A stretch of DNA of 64,000 nt from an uncultured delta proteobacterium (GTDB taxonomy: Bacteria; Myxococcota_A; Polyangia; Palsa-1104), in NCBI GenBank assembly GCA_963785725.1, contig CAWAWS010000026.1:160001-224000 (forward strand). The letters are read 5' to 3'. The notes under the pieces are model-generated. The model was not told where the DNA came from, did not search any database, and saw nothing but the letters and a program-made list of their open reading frames with translations. Below are positions 22,717-36,904 of this stretch, piece by piece; within the stretch, counting starts at the first letter, position 1, and the number at the start of each line of letters is the position of its first letter. Position numbers and translations under genes: made by a program.

Positions 22717-24428
22717 TCAGGCGACTCGGGCGCGCGGCGACGGGGCCGCGCGTGCAAAGAGGGCGGCGACGTTGTCGGCGGCGAAGGGCACGACGCGCAC
22801 GCCGAGCGCGAGCAGGCGGCGCTCGGCGGCGTGCTCGCGGCGACGCTCGTGCCAGCCGAAGATCTCGGCCGCGCGCGCCGCGGCGCCGGCGTCGGCGCCG
22901 GTCGGCGTCACGATGCGCGCTTGCGGCACGGCGACCAGCAGACGATGGCCGCGCTTGCGAATCAGGCGCAGCGCGCGCGGCACCGGCCCGAGGTCTTCCA
23001 AGCCTTGCAGGTCGGAGATGACGACGATGCGCTGCGAGCCGCGCGCGGCGGCGGCCCGTTCGAGCGCGGCGCCGAGGCCGCGCGCGCGGCGGCCGGCGTC
23101 GGGCGCGCGTCGATAGGGCAGCTCGATGCCGCGCAGCCGACAAAAGGCGCGCAGCGGCGCCAGCTCGCCGCCGGTCGCGGCCGTCGTTTGCGGCGTGACC
23201 TTGGCTCGCGTCAGCGCTGCGGAGACCGCCGGCAGCACGATCTTGAGGTCATACAGGTCGCCCGTCGGTGAGGCGGCCACGTGGCTCCAGGCCGGGTCGT
23301 CGATGGGCGGCGTCTTGCGCAGGCGCGCGTCGAGCCCCTCTTGCAGCAGCAGATAGCGCGCCACGACGGCGACCAGCTCGGAGTCGCTCAGCTCGGTCAG
23401 ATCCTCGTCGACGACGCTCATCGACTCCATCAGCCGCTCGACGATGCGCAGGCGATGCACCGGGCCGTCGTTGGGGCGCGCTTCACCGACGATGCGGCCG
23501 TCGAACGTCAAGAGCGCCACGCGATCGCCGGCTTCGAGCACGCCGCGGGCGTAGGCGGCTGCCACGTCGACGGCCAGGTCGAGCCGCGCCTGGCCGGGAT
23601 GACCTTCGCGCATCGTGCTGGCGACGTCGACGAGCAGCCAATGCGTCACCATCGTCTCGCGATCGAGGTCGCGCACCATCAGCTTGCCGGTGCGCGCGGT
23701 CGCTTTCCAGGCGATGTTCTTGAAGGGATCGCCGGGCGCATGCTCGCGCAGCTCGCGAATATCGCCGCCGAGACCGCGCATGCGCAGCGACTGCGGACCC
23801 ATGCGCTCGTGCGGCGCGCCTGCTTGCGGACGATCGTGCGCCGGCAAGAGGCGCAGCGCGCGCGGCAAGATCTTGACCGCCAGCGGCGACGGGAAATAGG
23901 CCTCGACCGTGCACAGCCCGAGCGCGTCGCGCAGCTCGACGGCGGCGCCGTGCAGGAACCAAAAGCCGGCGCGCTGGGCTTGCACCTCGGCGGTCACCGT
24001 CGCCTCCCAGGCCGCCGGCAGCTCCAGCGCCAGCGACGGCGGCGGGGTGAGCGCGCTCGAGGTGAACGGCCGCAAGAGCGCGCGGCCGAGCGGGCGCGGC
24101 GCGCGATTGCGCAGCGTCACCGTCAGGCGAAACGGGCGGCCGGCGACGAAGCCGGCGGCGCCGTCTTCGCCGCGCTCGACGCGCCAGAGCAGCTCCAAGT
24201 GACGCCGCCAAATCAGCACCGACGTCGGAAAGAAGGCGACGTAGGCGCTGCCGAGCGCGGCCAGCGTCACGACGCCGAGGGCGGCCACGCGCCAAGCGCC
24301 GGCGAGCGCACCGAGCAGCAGCAAGAGCGCGCCGGCCGCGGCCCAGGCGCGACCGCGCGACGTGAGCGACGGCGCTCGACCGCTGTGGCTGCGGCCGGGT
24401 GCACGCTCGCTCGGGCGCGGCGGCGCGC

Positions 24429-24432
<4 letters not shown>
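22717..24432 (-). CDS. DUF58-domain protein (MoxR partner)
   Basis: ELREHAPGDPFKNIAWKATARTGKLMVRDLDRE, LLVDVASTM, VVISDL. Confidence 0.85.
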
Positions 24433-25409
<977 letters not shown>

Positions 25410-25410
25410 G

Positions 25411-26679
25411 TCACCCGCTACCTTGCCCCTCTCGCGCCAGCGCGTCAAAGAGCGCCGTCGCCAGTTGATGCAGCCGCTCGAGCTGCCGCCGCGAAACCCA
25501 CTGCTGTGTCCGCGGCGCCGGACCGCGCCAGCCGAGGCGGCCGAACGCTCTCCACAGCTCGGTGGCGCGGCTGCCGGCGAGCTTTCCCGCTTTGCGCGCC
25601 ACGCGGCGGCCGAGCTCGGCCGGCGTCCAGCCCGCCACTTCGAGCACCGGGCTGCCGATGGCCGTCGACACCCGCGTCACGGCTTCGTCGCGCAGCGCCG
25701 CTGCCGGCAACGCCCAACCCCACGGCACCGTCGGCTGCGCGTAGCGGTCGACGAGCGACTGCCAACCGCCGTCGGGCGGCGCCGGCGCTCGCGTCCAGCC
25801 GCCGTCGATGATTTGCCGCTCGGGCCAAGCGCGCGACCACAAGAACAGCGCGATGACGGCCAAGAGCGTGCCCAGAAGGCCGAGGATGCGCCCGTCGGTG
25901 GCGGCGCCGTGAATGGCGTCGTCGATGAGCTGCAGCATGTGGTTGAAGCGCAGCCAGCCGTTGTCGCCTTCGTCGCCGAGATCGCCGGCCGGCTCGCCGC
26001 GCTCGACGAAGCTCTGCGTCACCAAGACGATGCGCTCGCCCGGCTTGCACGTGCGTTTGATGAGCGCGCGCGCAAAGCCCAAGTCTTCGTCGATCTCCAG
26101 CATGTTGTTGATGAAGATGCTGGGATCGGCGATGGCGACGAAGTAGCCGTGGCCGAGCCGCCCTTCGACGACGAGCGCCGCGCCCGGCAAGAACGAATAC
26201 GTCGCCGGCGTCGCCGCCGAAAAGAACGCGGCGTGATTGGCGACCAGCGACGCCGTGCCGTTCGACAGCTCGGTGCTCAGTGTCTGCTTGGCGATCGGCA
26301 GCGCGGCGTTGTCTTGATAGCGCTCGGCGCCGTCGAGGTCGGAGCGCAGCCGGCGAATCTCCAGCGCCGCCAGCGCCGCGTCCGACGCGCCGTAATCGTC
26401 GGCGAGGACGGCGCGCCCGCCGGCTTCGAGGTAGCGGCGCAGCTTGCCGCCGTCGACGGCCGTGCGCGGATAGACGAGCCACACGCTGTCGCGCGCGCCC
26501 AACGCCGACCAATCGAGCGACTCGGTGGGCTCGATGGTGCAGCCGGCGAGGCGGGCTTCGTCGGCCAAGCGCGACAGGCCGTTCCATTCATGCGAGTCGA
26601 GGCGATAGTCGGCATTGCTCGCCGCGGCGGTCGCCGACGCACAGGCGAGGAGAAGCAGCGAGAGCGAAGCGGCCCTCAC
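25411..26679 (-). CDS. DUF4350-like exported membrane protein
   Basis: Signal peptide; WNGLSRL, YLEAGGRAVLADDYG, ADPSIFINNML; position directly upstream of moxR. Confidence 0.7.
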   Translation of the reverse strand: MRAASLSLLLLACASATAAASNADYRLDSHEWNGLSRLADEARLAGCTIEPTESLDWSALGARDSVWLVYPRTAVDGGKLRRYLEAGGRAVLADDYGASDAALAALEIRRLRSDLDGAERYQDNAALPIAKQTLSTELSNGTASLVANHAAFFSAATPATYSFLPGAALVVEGRLGHGYFVAIADPSIFINNMLEIDEDLGFARALIKRTCKPGERIVLVTQSFVERGEPAGDLGDEGDNGWLRFNHMLQLIDDAIHGAATDGRILGLLGTLLAVIALFLWSRAWPERQIIDGGWTRAPAPPDGGWQSLVDRYAQPTVPWGWALPAAALRDEAVTRVSTAIGSPVLEVAGWTPAELGRRVARKAGKLAGSRATELWRAFGRLGWRGPAPRTQQWVSRRQLERLHQLATALFDALAREGQGSG

Positions 26680-27056
26680 ATCTCACCCAAGAGCGTGCGC
26701 GCGCCGCGTTCGAGCTCGCGCCGCGCCGTCGCCAGGTGCGCGTCGCGCTTGGTGGCGAGCACGACGAAGTAGCCTTCGGTCACCGAGCGCACGAGGACGA
26801 TGGCGCGCTCGCCTTCGATCATCAGCTCCTCGACCGCGCCCAAGCCGCGCGCCAACAGGCGGCGATTGGCCTGGCTCCACACGACGCCCCAATGCGCGCC
26901 GACGAGCTGGATGTCGAGCGGCGGAATGTGCGCGAATTGGTCGACGGGCTCGCCTTCCCAGTCGGAGAAGACGGCGCCGACCGCGCCCGGCACGCTGTCG
27001 ACGAGCGACTTCAGGATGTCGCCGAACGTGCTCAAGCGCGCGGGCTCACTCGGCAT
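26676..27056 (-). CDS. Roadblock/LC7 (MglB/MglC-like) protein
   Basis: FGDILKSLVDSVPGAVGAVFSDWEGEPV ... YFVVLA; size fits a single roadblock domain. Confidence 0.75.
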   Translation of the reverse strand: MPSEPARLSTFGDILKSLVDSVPGAVGAVFSDWEGEPVDQFAHIPPLDIQLVGAHWGVVWSQANRRLLARGLGAVEELMIEGERAIVLVRSVTEGYFVVLATKRDAHLATARRELERGARTLLGEM

Positions 27057-27976
27057 CGTCTTTGTCTTTTGGCAGCCGCTCGGGATGGAGCTCGACGTGA
27101 TGGCGCGCCATCGCCTCGTCCATGAAGTGACCGAAGGCCAGCTTCTGCACTTCACTCTCGAAGAGGCCGCGGCGCAGCTGATCCTCCACCGCCGCCAGCG
27201 GCGTGTGCACCGCCGGCTTGAACCCGAGCATGTACAGCGCGTGCCAGCCGAACGTCGTCTCGACGACGCAGGTGTCGCCGCGCTTGTGCAGCTTCTCGAA
27301 CGCGCCGTACGAGAACGACTTCTGCGTCCAGCCGTCCTTCTCCGTCAGCAACTCCTCGGCTTTCGGCAGCGGCTGCCCGTTCCAAAAGGTCGTGTCGCCG
27401 AGCTGCATGAACTCGGGCTGCGTCAGCTTCTTCCCTTCGCTCGCCAGCTGCTCGGCCAGCGCCTTGGCTTCCGCTTTGTGCGCTTCGGTCGGCTTCTCAC
27501 CGACGGGAACGAGGATGTGAACGACGTCGATGTAGACGTCGTGATTGAGCTGCGCTTGGTTGCGAATATAGGCGCGGCGCACGCGATCGGCCGGCACGTC
27601 GGCGGGCGTGACGTCGTGCTCGAACGTCGTCTGCAAGTAGCGGCGGGCCAGCGCGCCTTTGGTCGCCAGCCGCACGTCGAGCGCGCGATCGAGCCCGCGC
27701 CGATGGGCTTCGCCGGCCATGGCCTCGGCGTCGATCAGGTCCGACAGCGCCGTCTTGGCGTCGACGCCGCGGGCGCGCGCCTGCTCGGCCACGGCGGCGG
27801 CGTAGATCGGCCGCCCGTCGACCGTCGCGACGACCGCGTCTGTCGGACACGGCCGTGAGCGGCGCGACCGGCGCATCAGCGCCGCCGTTTTCATGCTTGG
27901 TGCAGGCGCACAACGAGAGGACGCAGCTGCATAATAATGTCGTGCGCCGGCTCAGCCGTCGTCTGGGGCGCGGCAT
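27046..27976 (-). CDS. PpiC/SurA-like peptidyl-prolyl isomerase lipoprotein (one frameshift near 27845)
   Basis: Lipobox LCAC in one frame; VVATVDGRPI, HILV and VETTFGWHAL in the next; ATG overlaps the upstream stop. Confidence 0.7.
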
Positions 27977-28164
27977 CAGTCGCGCTCGACCAGCGCCAGC
28001 CGCGCCAGCTCGGCGCCGACATGAATGACCGACACGCCGACGAACAGCAGCAGAATCGCGGCCACGTAATCGCGCTTGCCGAGAAAGTGCACGCACTCGG
28101 CGAAGAAGCCGAGGCTGCCCAAGATCAGCAGCAGCGCCAGGCCCTCGAAGAAGTATTTGCGCAA
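27976..28164 (-). CDS. Small two-TM hypothetical protein
   Basis: 62-aa hydrophobic ORF tightly packed between operon neighbours. Confidence 0.6.
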   Translation of the reverse strand: MRKYFFEGLALLLILGSLGFFAECVHFLGKRDYVAAILLLFVGVSVIHVGAELARLALVERD

Positions 28165-28165
28165 G

Positions 28166-28951
28166 TCAGTGCGCCCTTTGCCAGACGACGGCGGTCATCG
28201 CCGCCAGCGCCAGCGCGACCGAGAAGTAGAAGCTGGGGCGCGGACGACCGCGACGCGCGTGCCGACGATCGGCCTCCACCGTCGCCAACAGATCGCGATC
28301 GTGCTGCAGGTGAAGCTGTAGTGGCCCGAGGATATAGCCGCGCAACAGGCCGATCCACAAGAGGCCGACACCGACGGTGCAGAAGGCTTGCGCGCGTGCG
28401 GTGTGACGGCCGAACGACGCTGCCAGCGACGACGTGAAGTCGGGCCACAAGTCCACCATCGCCAGCAACGCCGTCGGCATGATGATGCTGAGGGCGACGA
28501 AGCCGCGGTAGACGCGCAGCCGGCGGCGCCAGCGCGACGGCGTCGGATCTTGGACCAGCCGGCGCGTCACCGTCGTCGCCAACGGTTGTGTCGCCGGCAA
28601 TTGCGCCCGCGCGGCGCGATCGAGCCCCAGCGCGACCGCGACGAGGTAGCCGACGAGCGACAGCGCCGTCAGGAACGTCGCCGCCGCCGGCAGCACGCGC
28701 GCCGACAGCTCGGCCGACGCCACCGCCTCCGGCAGCGCGATCACGATCGGGAAGGCGATGAACAGCGCCGTCGTCGAGCGGTGACGCAAGCCGAGCCAGA
28801 GGAGAGCCAGCGGCAAGGGCGCGCCCAAGACGACGATGAGCGGGCTCAGGCCGCCGAGGTTGCCGATTCCGTCGCTCGCCAACGCCAAGCCGAGCGGGAG
28901 CGCCACCGCCACCACCCAGAGGTTGACGCCGAGCGCCAGCGCGAGGCCCAT
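28166..28951 (-). CDS. Hypothetical multi-pass membrane protein
   Basis: About seven hydrophobic helices; first gene of the minus-strand operon. Confidence 0.7.
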   Translation of the reverse strand: MGLALALGVNLWVVAVALPLGLALASDGIGNLGGLSPLIVVLGAPLPLALLWLGLRHRSTTALFIAFPIVIALPEAVASAELSARVLPAAATFLTALSLVGYLVAVALGLDRAARAQLPATQPLATTVTRRLVQDPTPSRWRRRLRVYRGFVALSIIMPTALLAMVDLWPDFTSSLAASFGRHTARAQAFCTVGVGLLWIGLLRGYILGPLQLHLQHDRDLLATVEADRRHARRGRPRPSFYFSVALALAAMTAVVWQRAH

Positions 28952-29056
28952 GCGGCGCCCACTTTATCACCGGAGCGCCCGACTTTGCATACTTGAGACG
29001 ACGAGGTCGTCCAGTCGTTGACACGACCCGTCGTCACGACCAAGATACGCCGCCGC

Positions 29057-29761
29057 ATGAGCACCCCACCCGCGACGGCGCCGACCGTCATCGCAACGGT
29101 CATCGCGATCGATGGTCCCGCCGGCGCCGGCAAGTCGACGGTGGCGCGAGCGCTCGCTCGTCGCCTCGGCTTCTTCCTGCTCGACACCGGCGCCATCTAT
29201 CGCGCGCTCGCGTTCGACGCCGATCGCGTCGGCATCGACTTCGCCGACGGCGCCGCGCTCGGTCCGCACGCCGCCCAGCTGCCCATCCGCTTTGACGAGG
29301 ACGGTCGCGTCTTTCTCGGCGACGAGGACGTCTCGACCGCCATTCGCACGCCCGCGATGTCGCAGGGCGCCTCGACGGTCTCCGCGCATCCGCTCGTCCG
29401 GCAGGCGCTCTTGGGCCTGCAGCGCCGGCTGGCGGCTCGTGGACGCTGTGTAGTGGAAGGACGCGATATCGGCACGGTCGTCCTGCCGACGGCGCCGCTG
29501 AAGATTTTTCTCACTGCCTCCCCCGAAGTCCGGGCGCGGCGCCGTTACGACGAGCTGACTGCGCGTGGACAAACCGTGGATCTGGCCGCCACGCTTGCGG
29601 AAATCGTCGAACGCGACGATCGCGACACGTCGCGCGCGACGGCGCCGCTCAAGCAGGCCGATGACGCCATCCTGCTCGACACCTCGGAGCTCTCCGAACC
29701 CGAAGTCGTAGACCGGATGGAGGCGCTGGCAAGGGCCCGGTTTGGCCATGAATTGCCTTGA
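29057..29761 (+). CDS. cmk: Cytidylate kinase
   Basis: IAIDGPAGAGKST, DTGAIYRA, EGRDIGTVV, FLTASPEVRARRR, RDDRD; upstream of rpsA. Start uncertain. Confidence 0.95.
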   Translation: MSTPPATAPTVIATVIAIDGPAGAGKSTVARALARRLGFFLLDTGAIYRALAFDADRVGIDFADGAALGPHAAQLPIRFDEDGRVFLGDEDVSTAIRTPAMSQGASTVSAHPLVRQALLGLQRRLAARGRCVVEGRDIGTVVLPTAPLKIFLTASPEVRARRRYDELTARGQTVDLAATLAEIVERDDRDTSRATAPLKQADDAILLDTSELSEPEVVDRMEALARARFGHELP

Positions 29762-29786
29762 CGACTAGCACTTTGGAGACTAAATT
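29758..29786 (+). promoter_or_regulatory. Sigma70 promoter of rpsA
   Basis: TTGACG-17 nt-TAAATT. Confidence 0.6.
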
Positions 29787-29858
29787 CCGCGGACCTTTTG
29801 CACCCTCGGGGTCAAGAGGAATCCGCCCGCGAGAAGCGAAGGAGCACCGTTAAACCGA

Positions 29859-31589
<1,731 letters not shown>

Positions 31590-31604
31590 CTCACGACCCA
31601 TCCG

Positions 31605-31635
31605 CGGGCTGCGGCGTTCGCGTCGCAGCCCGTTT
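31605..31635 (+). terminator. Hairpin/terminator after rpsA
   Basis: CGGGCTGCGGCG-TTCG-CGTCGCAGCCCG followed by TTT. Confidence 0.55.
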
Positions 31636-31650
31636 GCGGAGCCCAAATAA

Positions 31651-32535
31651 GTGGAGAAGCGATCCGCGCTCTACGCACTATTGGTGTTCGGATCGCTTCT
31701 CGGTTTGTGCTTCGTCTTCCTGTTGTTTCTCTTCGCCGCTCTCGCAGACAAAGATGACACCGGCTGGGGCGATGGCTCCGGTCCGCACATCGCCGTCGTC
31801 GAGCTGACCGGCGAAATCAAAGACTCGCGCGAGATCCTGGGCCAGCTGCACGAGCTGCGGAAGGACGACAGCGTCAAGGCGATCGTCGTGCGCATCGACT
31901 CGCCCGGCGGCTCGGTGGCGCCGTCGCAGGAGATCTTCGCCGCGATTCAGCGCGCCAAGAAGGACAAGAAGATCGTCTGCTCGATGGGCAACTTGGCGGC
32001 GTCGGGCGGCTACTACGTCGCGGCGGCGTGCGACAAGATCTACGCCTCGCCGGGCACGATCACCGGCTCGATCGGCGTCATCAGCGAGTTCCCGCACGTG
32101 CAAGGCTTGATGGCGCTGGCGCGCGTCGAGGTCGACACCATCAAGTCGGGCGCGCTCAAGGATTCGGGCTCGCCGCTGCGCGCGATGACGACGACCGAGC
32201 GCCTCTATTTCCAGCAGTTCGTCGACGGCGTGTACGAGCAGTTCCTCGACGACGTGGCGACGGCGCGCAAGATTCCCAAAGAGACGCTGCGGCCGCTCGC
32301 CGACGGGCGCATCTTGAGCGGCAAAGAGGCGCAGAAGGTCCATCTCGTCGACGAGCTGGGCAACTTGGAGGACGCGCTCGATGGCGCCGCCAAGCTCGCC
32401 GGCGCGAGCGGCGATCCGGTGCCGGTGTTCCGCAAGAAGGAGTCGGCGTCGTGGGTCGGCAACCTGGTGCGCGGCGCGCTCGAAGGCGCCGTCGTGCCGC
32501 GCGCGTCGATCGAGGTTCGCGACCCGCGCCTATAG
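31651..32535 (+). CDS. sppA: Signal peptide peptidase SppA (short form, S49)
   Basis: RIDSPGG, AASGGYY, TGSIGV, KSGALKD, DGRILSG. Confidence 0.93.
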   Translation: MEKRSALYALLVFGSLLGLCFVFLLFLFAALADKDDTGWGDGSGPHIAVVELTGEIKDSREILGQLHELRKDDSVKAIVVRIDSPGGSVAPSQEIFAAIQRAKKDKKIVCSMGNLAASGGYYVAAACDKIYASPGTITGSIGVISEFPHVQGLMALARVEVDTIKSGALKDSGSPLRAMTTTERLYFQQFVDGVYEQFLDDVATARKIPKETLRPLADGRILSGKEAQKVHLVDELGNLEDALDGAAKLAGASGDPVPVFRKKESASWVGNLVRGALEGAVVPRASIEVRDPRL

Positions 32536-32577
32536 GTTGTACGCTGTACGTATCTCGATGGGAGCCAGGCGCGTTCG

Positions 32578-33864
32578 ATGACGGATCCGAATCCTCCACG
32601 ATCGGCGCTGATCTTGTGGCTGCGGCGGTTTGCGCGGCTGTGGGGCTTCTCGCTCTTCATCCTCGTCGTCTTGATCGCGTTTCGCGCGGTCGTGCTGCCG
32701 TTCGTGCTCGGCGTGCTCGTGGCCTACGTGCTGGCGCCGGTCGTCGACCTCTTGACCGCGCCGGCGGGACGGCGACGGCTGCCGCGCTGGGTGGCGATCC
32801 TCATCGTCTACTTCGGCCTGTTGACGGCGATCGGCATCTTCTTCACGGCGTTCTTGCCGCGGCTGTCGAGCGACTTTGCGCGGCTGTTTCGCGAGGCGCC
32901 GGCGTTCTTCACGCGCGTCAAGCATCAGTACGTGCCGCGCGCCGACTCCTGGCTCGAGGAGCACTTCCCGCGCGACGAGGATCCGATCAGCGAAGAGCTC
33001 GTCGAGCCACGTCCCGAGCGCAAGCTGAAGGTGATCGAGAAGAAGCCGGGCGAATACGAGATCTCGCTCGAAGGCATGCAGCTCGAGATCGATCCGACGG
33101 GGCGCGGTCGTTACGTCATCGGGCCGCGCTCGGACGCCGACGAGCGCAAGACGCGCCTGACCGAGATGCTGACGCAGGCGGCGCGCGCGGGCGAGAACGA
33201 GCTGCGCGGCGTCATCGCCATGGGCCAGCACGTCGTCGGCGTCGTCGTCAAAGGCTTGGCCTGGTTCATTTTGACGTTCATGGTGGCGGCCTATCTGCTC
33301 ATCGACGTCGAGCGCGTCATGGCGTTCCTGCGCTCGCTCGTGCCGTCCTATCACCGGCATGCGCTCGACGAAATCCTGCGCGAGATCGATCGCGGTCTGT
33401 CGGGCGTGATCCGCGGTCAGCTCATCATCTGCGTCGTCAACGCCATGCTGACGACGGTGGGCCTGCTGCTCTTTCGCGTGAAATATGCGCTCTTGCTCGG
33501 CTTACTGGCGGGGACGATGAGCTTCATCCCCGTCTTCGGCTCGATTTTGTCGTCGGTGCCGATCGTCGCGGTGTCGCTGACGTCGGGGCCGACCGGCTTT
33601 TCGCTGTCGACGGGCCTCGGCATGCTGGGCTGGATCGTCGGCATTCACCTGTTGGAAGCGAACCTGTTGAACCCGAAGATCATCGGCACCGCGGCCAAGA
33701 TGCATCCGGTCGTCGTCGTATTCGCGCTGATGGTGGGCGAGGAGACGGGCGGGCTCATCGGCGCCGTGCTGGCGGTGCCGATTGCGTCGATCGTTCAGGC
33801 TATTTTCGTGTATTTGCGGCTGCGCCAGTCGTCGGAGGCGGCGCAGTCCGAGTCGCAGGCGTAG
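32578..33864 (+). CDS. AI-2E (PerM) family transporter
   Basis: AYVLAPVV, IRGQL, SFIPVFG, LEANLLNPKIIG, MHPVVVVFALMVG, GAVLAVP. Confidence 0.9.
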   Translation: MTDPNPPRSALILWLRRFARLWGFSLFILVVLIAFRAVVLPFVLGVLVAYVLAPVVDLLTAPAGRRRLPRWVAILIVYFGLLTAIGIFFTAFLPRLSSDFARLFREAPAFFTRVKHQYVPRADSWLEEHFPRDEDPISEELVEPRPERKLKVIEKKPGEYEISLEGMQLEIDPTGRGRYVIGPRSDADERKTRLTEMLTQAARAGENELRGVIAMGQHVVGVVVKGLAWFILTFMVAAYLLIDVERVMAFLRSLVPSYHRHALDEILREIDRGLSGVIRGQLIICVVNAMLTTVGLLLFRVKYALLLGLLAGTMSFIPVFGSILSSVPIVAVSLTSGPTGFSLSTGLGMLGWIVGIHLLEANLLNPKIIGTAAKMHPVVVVFALMVGEETGGLIGAVLAVPIASIVQAIFVYLRLRQSSEAAQSESQA

Positions 33865-34285
33865 CGGCCGCCGAATTCGCGGCCGCCAATGCGCGCGTGA
33901 CCGACTTTTTCGTCGTCGTGTCGTAGATCGTGACGGTCGTGGCGCCGACTGGCAACGGTACGGTCACGACCGTGGTCGCCGTGACGTTTTCGCGCAGCTT
34001 GCGCCCGAGCTCCTGCGCTTCGAGCGTGCTGTCTTCGGGCGCCTCCGCCAGCGCCATCAGCGGAAAATCGAAGCGCACCAGCTCGAGCTGCTGCTTGCCG
34101 TCGCCGGCGCGCGCTTCGTAGCGGCCGCGAAAGCGCTGCAGTCGCTGCGGCTTCGCCAGCGGCTCGCGGTCGACGCGCAAGATCGCCACGTCGCCGCGCT
34201 CGTACTTCAGCGTCAGCTTGGCCACTTGTGTGACCTCGACCGTCCAATCGGGGGCCAGCAAAATCGCGAGCAGCAACGAAATCAT
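33800..34285 (-). CDS. Hypothetical exported protein
   Basis: Short signal-like N-terminus and gene-like codon use; 3' end overlaps the convergent gene, so the end is uncertain. Confidence 0.55.
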   Translation of the reverse strand: MISLLLAILLAPDWTVEVTQVAKLTLKYERGDVAILRVDREPLAKPQRLQRFRGRYEARAGDGKQQLELVRFDFPLMALAEAPEDSTLEAQELGRKLRENVTATTVVTVPLPVGATTVTIYDTTTKKSVTRALAAANSAAATPATRTAPPPTTGAAANTRK

Positions 34286-34344
34286 CGACGGCATAGTACC
34301 TCGTGCCGTTGGCATTGGCAGGGTCGGGTGCTAAAACAGTAAAC

Positions 34345-36042
<1,698 letters not shown>

Positions 36043-36115
36043 CGAAGGCAAAACGCGCGAACGCCTACGGCGACGCGGGCCTGCGCGCCGCGGTCGCATC
36101 TGCCGGCTGCGTTCG

Positions 36116-36904
36116 TTAGTGGCCGCTGAAGACGGGCTTGCGGCGGGCGAGAAAGGCGCTGACGCCTTCGTGCGCGTCGGCGGTGTGCGAGCAGGTCGCC
36201 TGCGCGTCCGCCTCCCAGTCGATCATCGCGCCGAGCTCCATGTCGAGCGCTTGATGCAGGCCGCGCTTGGTGAAGCCTTGCGCGATCGGCGGTCCGGCCG
36301 CCAGGCGCCGCGCCAATTCGTAGGTCTCGTCGGCGAGCTGGTCGTCGGGGACGACGCGGCCGACGAGGCCGATCGCCTCCGCGCGCGCGGCGTCGATGAC
36401 GTCGCCGCGCATGAGCAGCTCCATCGCCTGCGTCGGCCCGACGATGCGCGGCAAGAGCCACAAGAGACCGAAGTCGCCGGTGAGCCCGACGCGATGGAAC
36501 GACGCGCCGAGCTTGGCGCGGGCGGCGGCGATCCGTAGATCGCAGGCCAACGCCAGCGCCAGGCCGGCGCCGACGCAGGCGCCGTCGATCATAGCGATGA
36601 CCGGCTTCGGCAGCGCCCGCAAGGTCGGCACCAGCTGCGCCGACACCGACAGGTTGGCGCGGCGCACGTCGAGCGGCTGCGCCAGCCGCTCGGGCATCGT
36701 CTTCAGGTCGCCGCCGGCCGAGAAGCTGCCACCGGCGCCGGTGATGACGAGCACGCGCACGCCGTCGTCGGCCGCGGCGGCCTCGGCGTGCGCTTTGAGC
36801 GCGTGCCACTCGTCGGGCCCGAGCGCGTTCTTGACGTCGGGACGATCAATCGTGAGCGTGGCGATGCGCTCGGCCACGTCATAGCGAATGCTGGCGGTCG
36901 TCAT
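36116..36904 (-). CDS. Enoyl-CoA hydratase/isomerase (PaaG-like)
   Basis: RPDVKNAL, FSAGGDL, PKPVIAMIDGACVGAG, LACDLRIAA, EGVSAFLARRKPVF; ATGA overlap with the upstream kinase. Confidence 0.92.
   Translation of the reverse strand: MTTASIRYDVAERIATLTIDRPDVKNALGPDEWHALKAHAEAAAADDGVRVLVITGAGGSFSAGGDLKTMPERLAQPLDVRRANLSVSAQLVPTLRALPKPVIAMIDGACVGAGLALALACDLRIAAARAKLGASFHRVGLTGDFGLLWLLPRIVGPTQAMELLMRGDVIDAARAEAIGLVGRVVPDDQLADETYELARRLAAGPPIAQGFTKRGLHQALDMELGAMIDWEADAQATCSHTADAHEGVSAFLARRKPVFSGH

Noticed and set aside
34310..34335. Sigma54 promoter before the Ser/Thr kinase
   Set aside because: The GG-to-GC spacing is off by one nucleotide.
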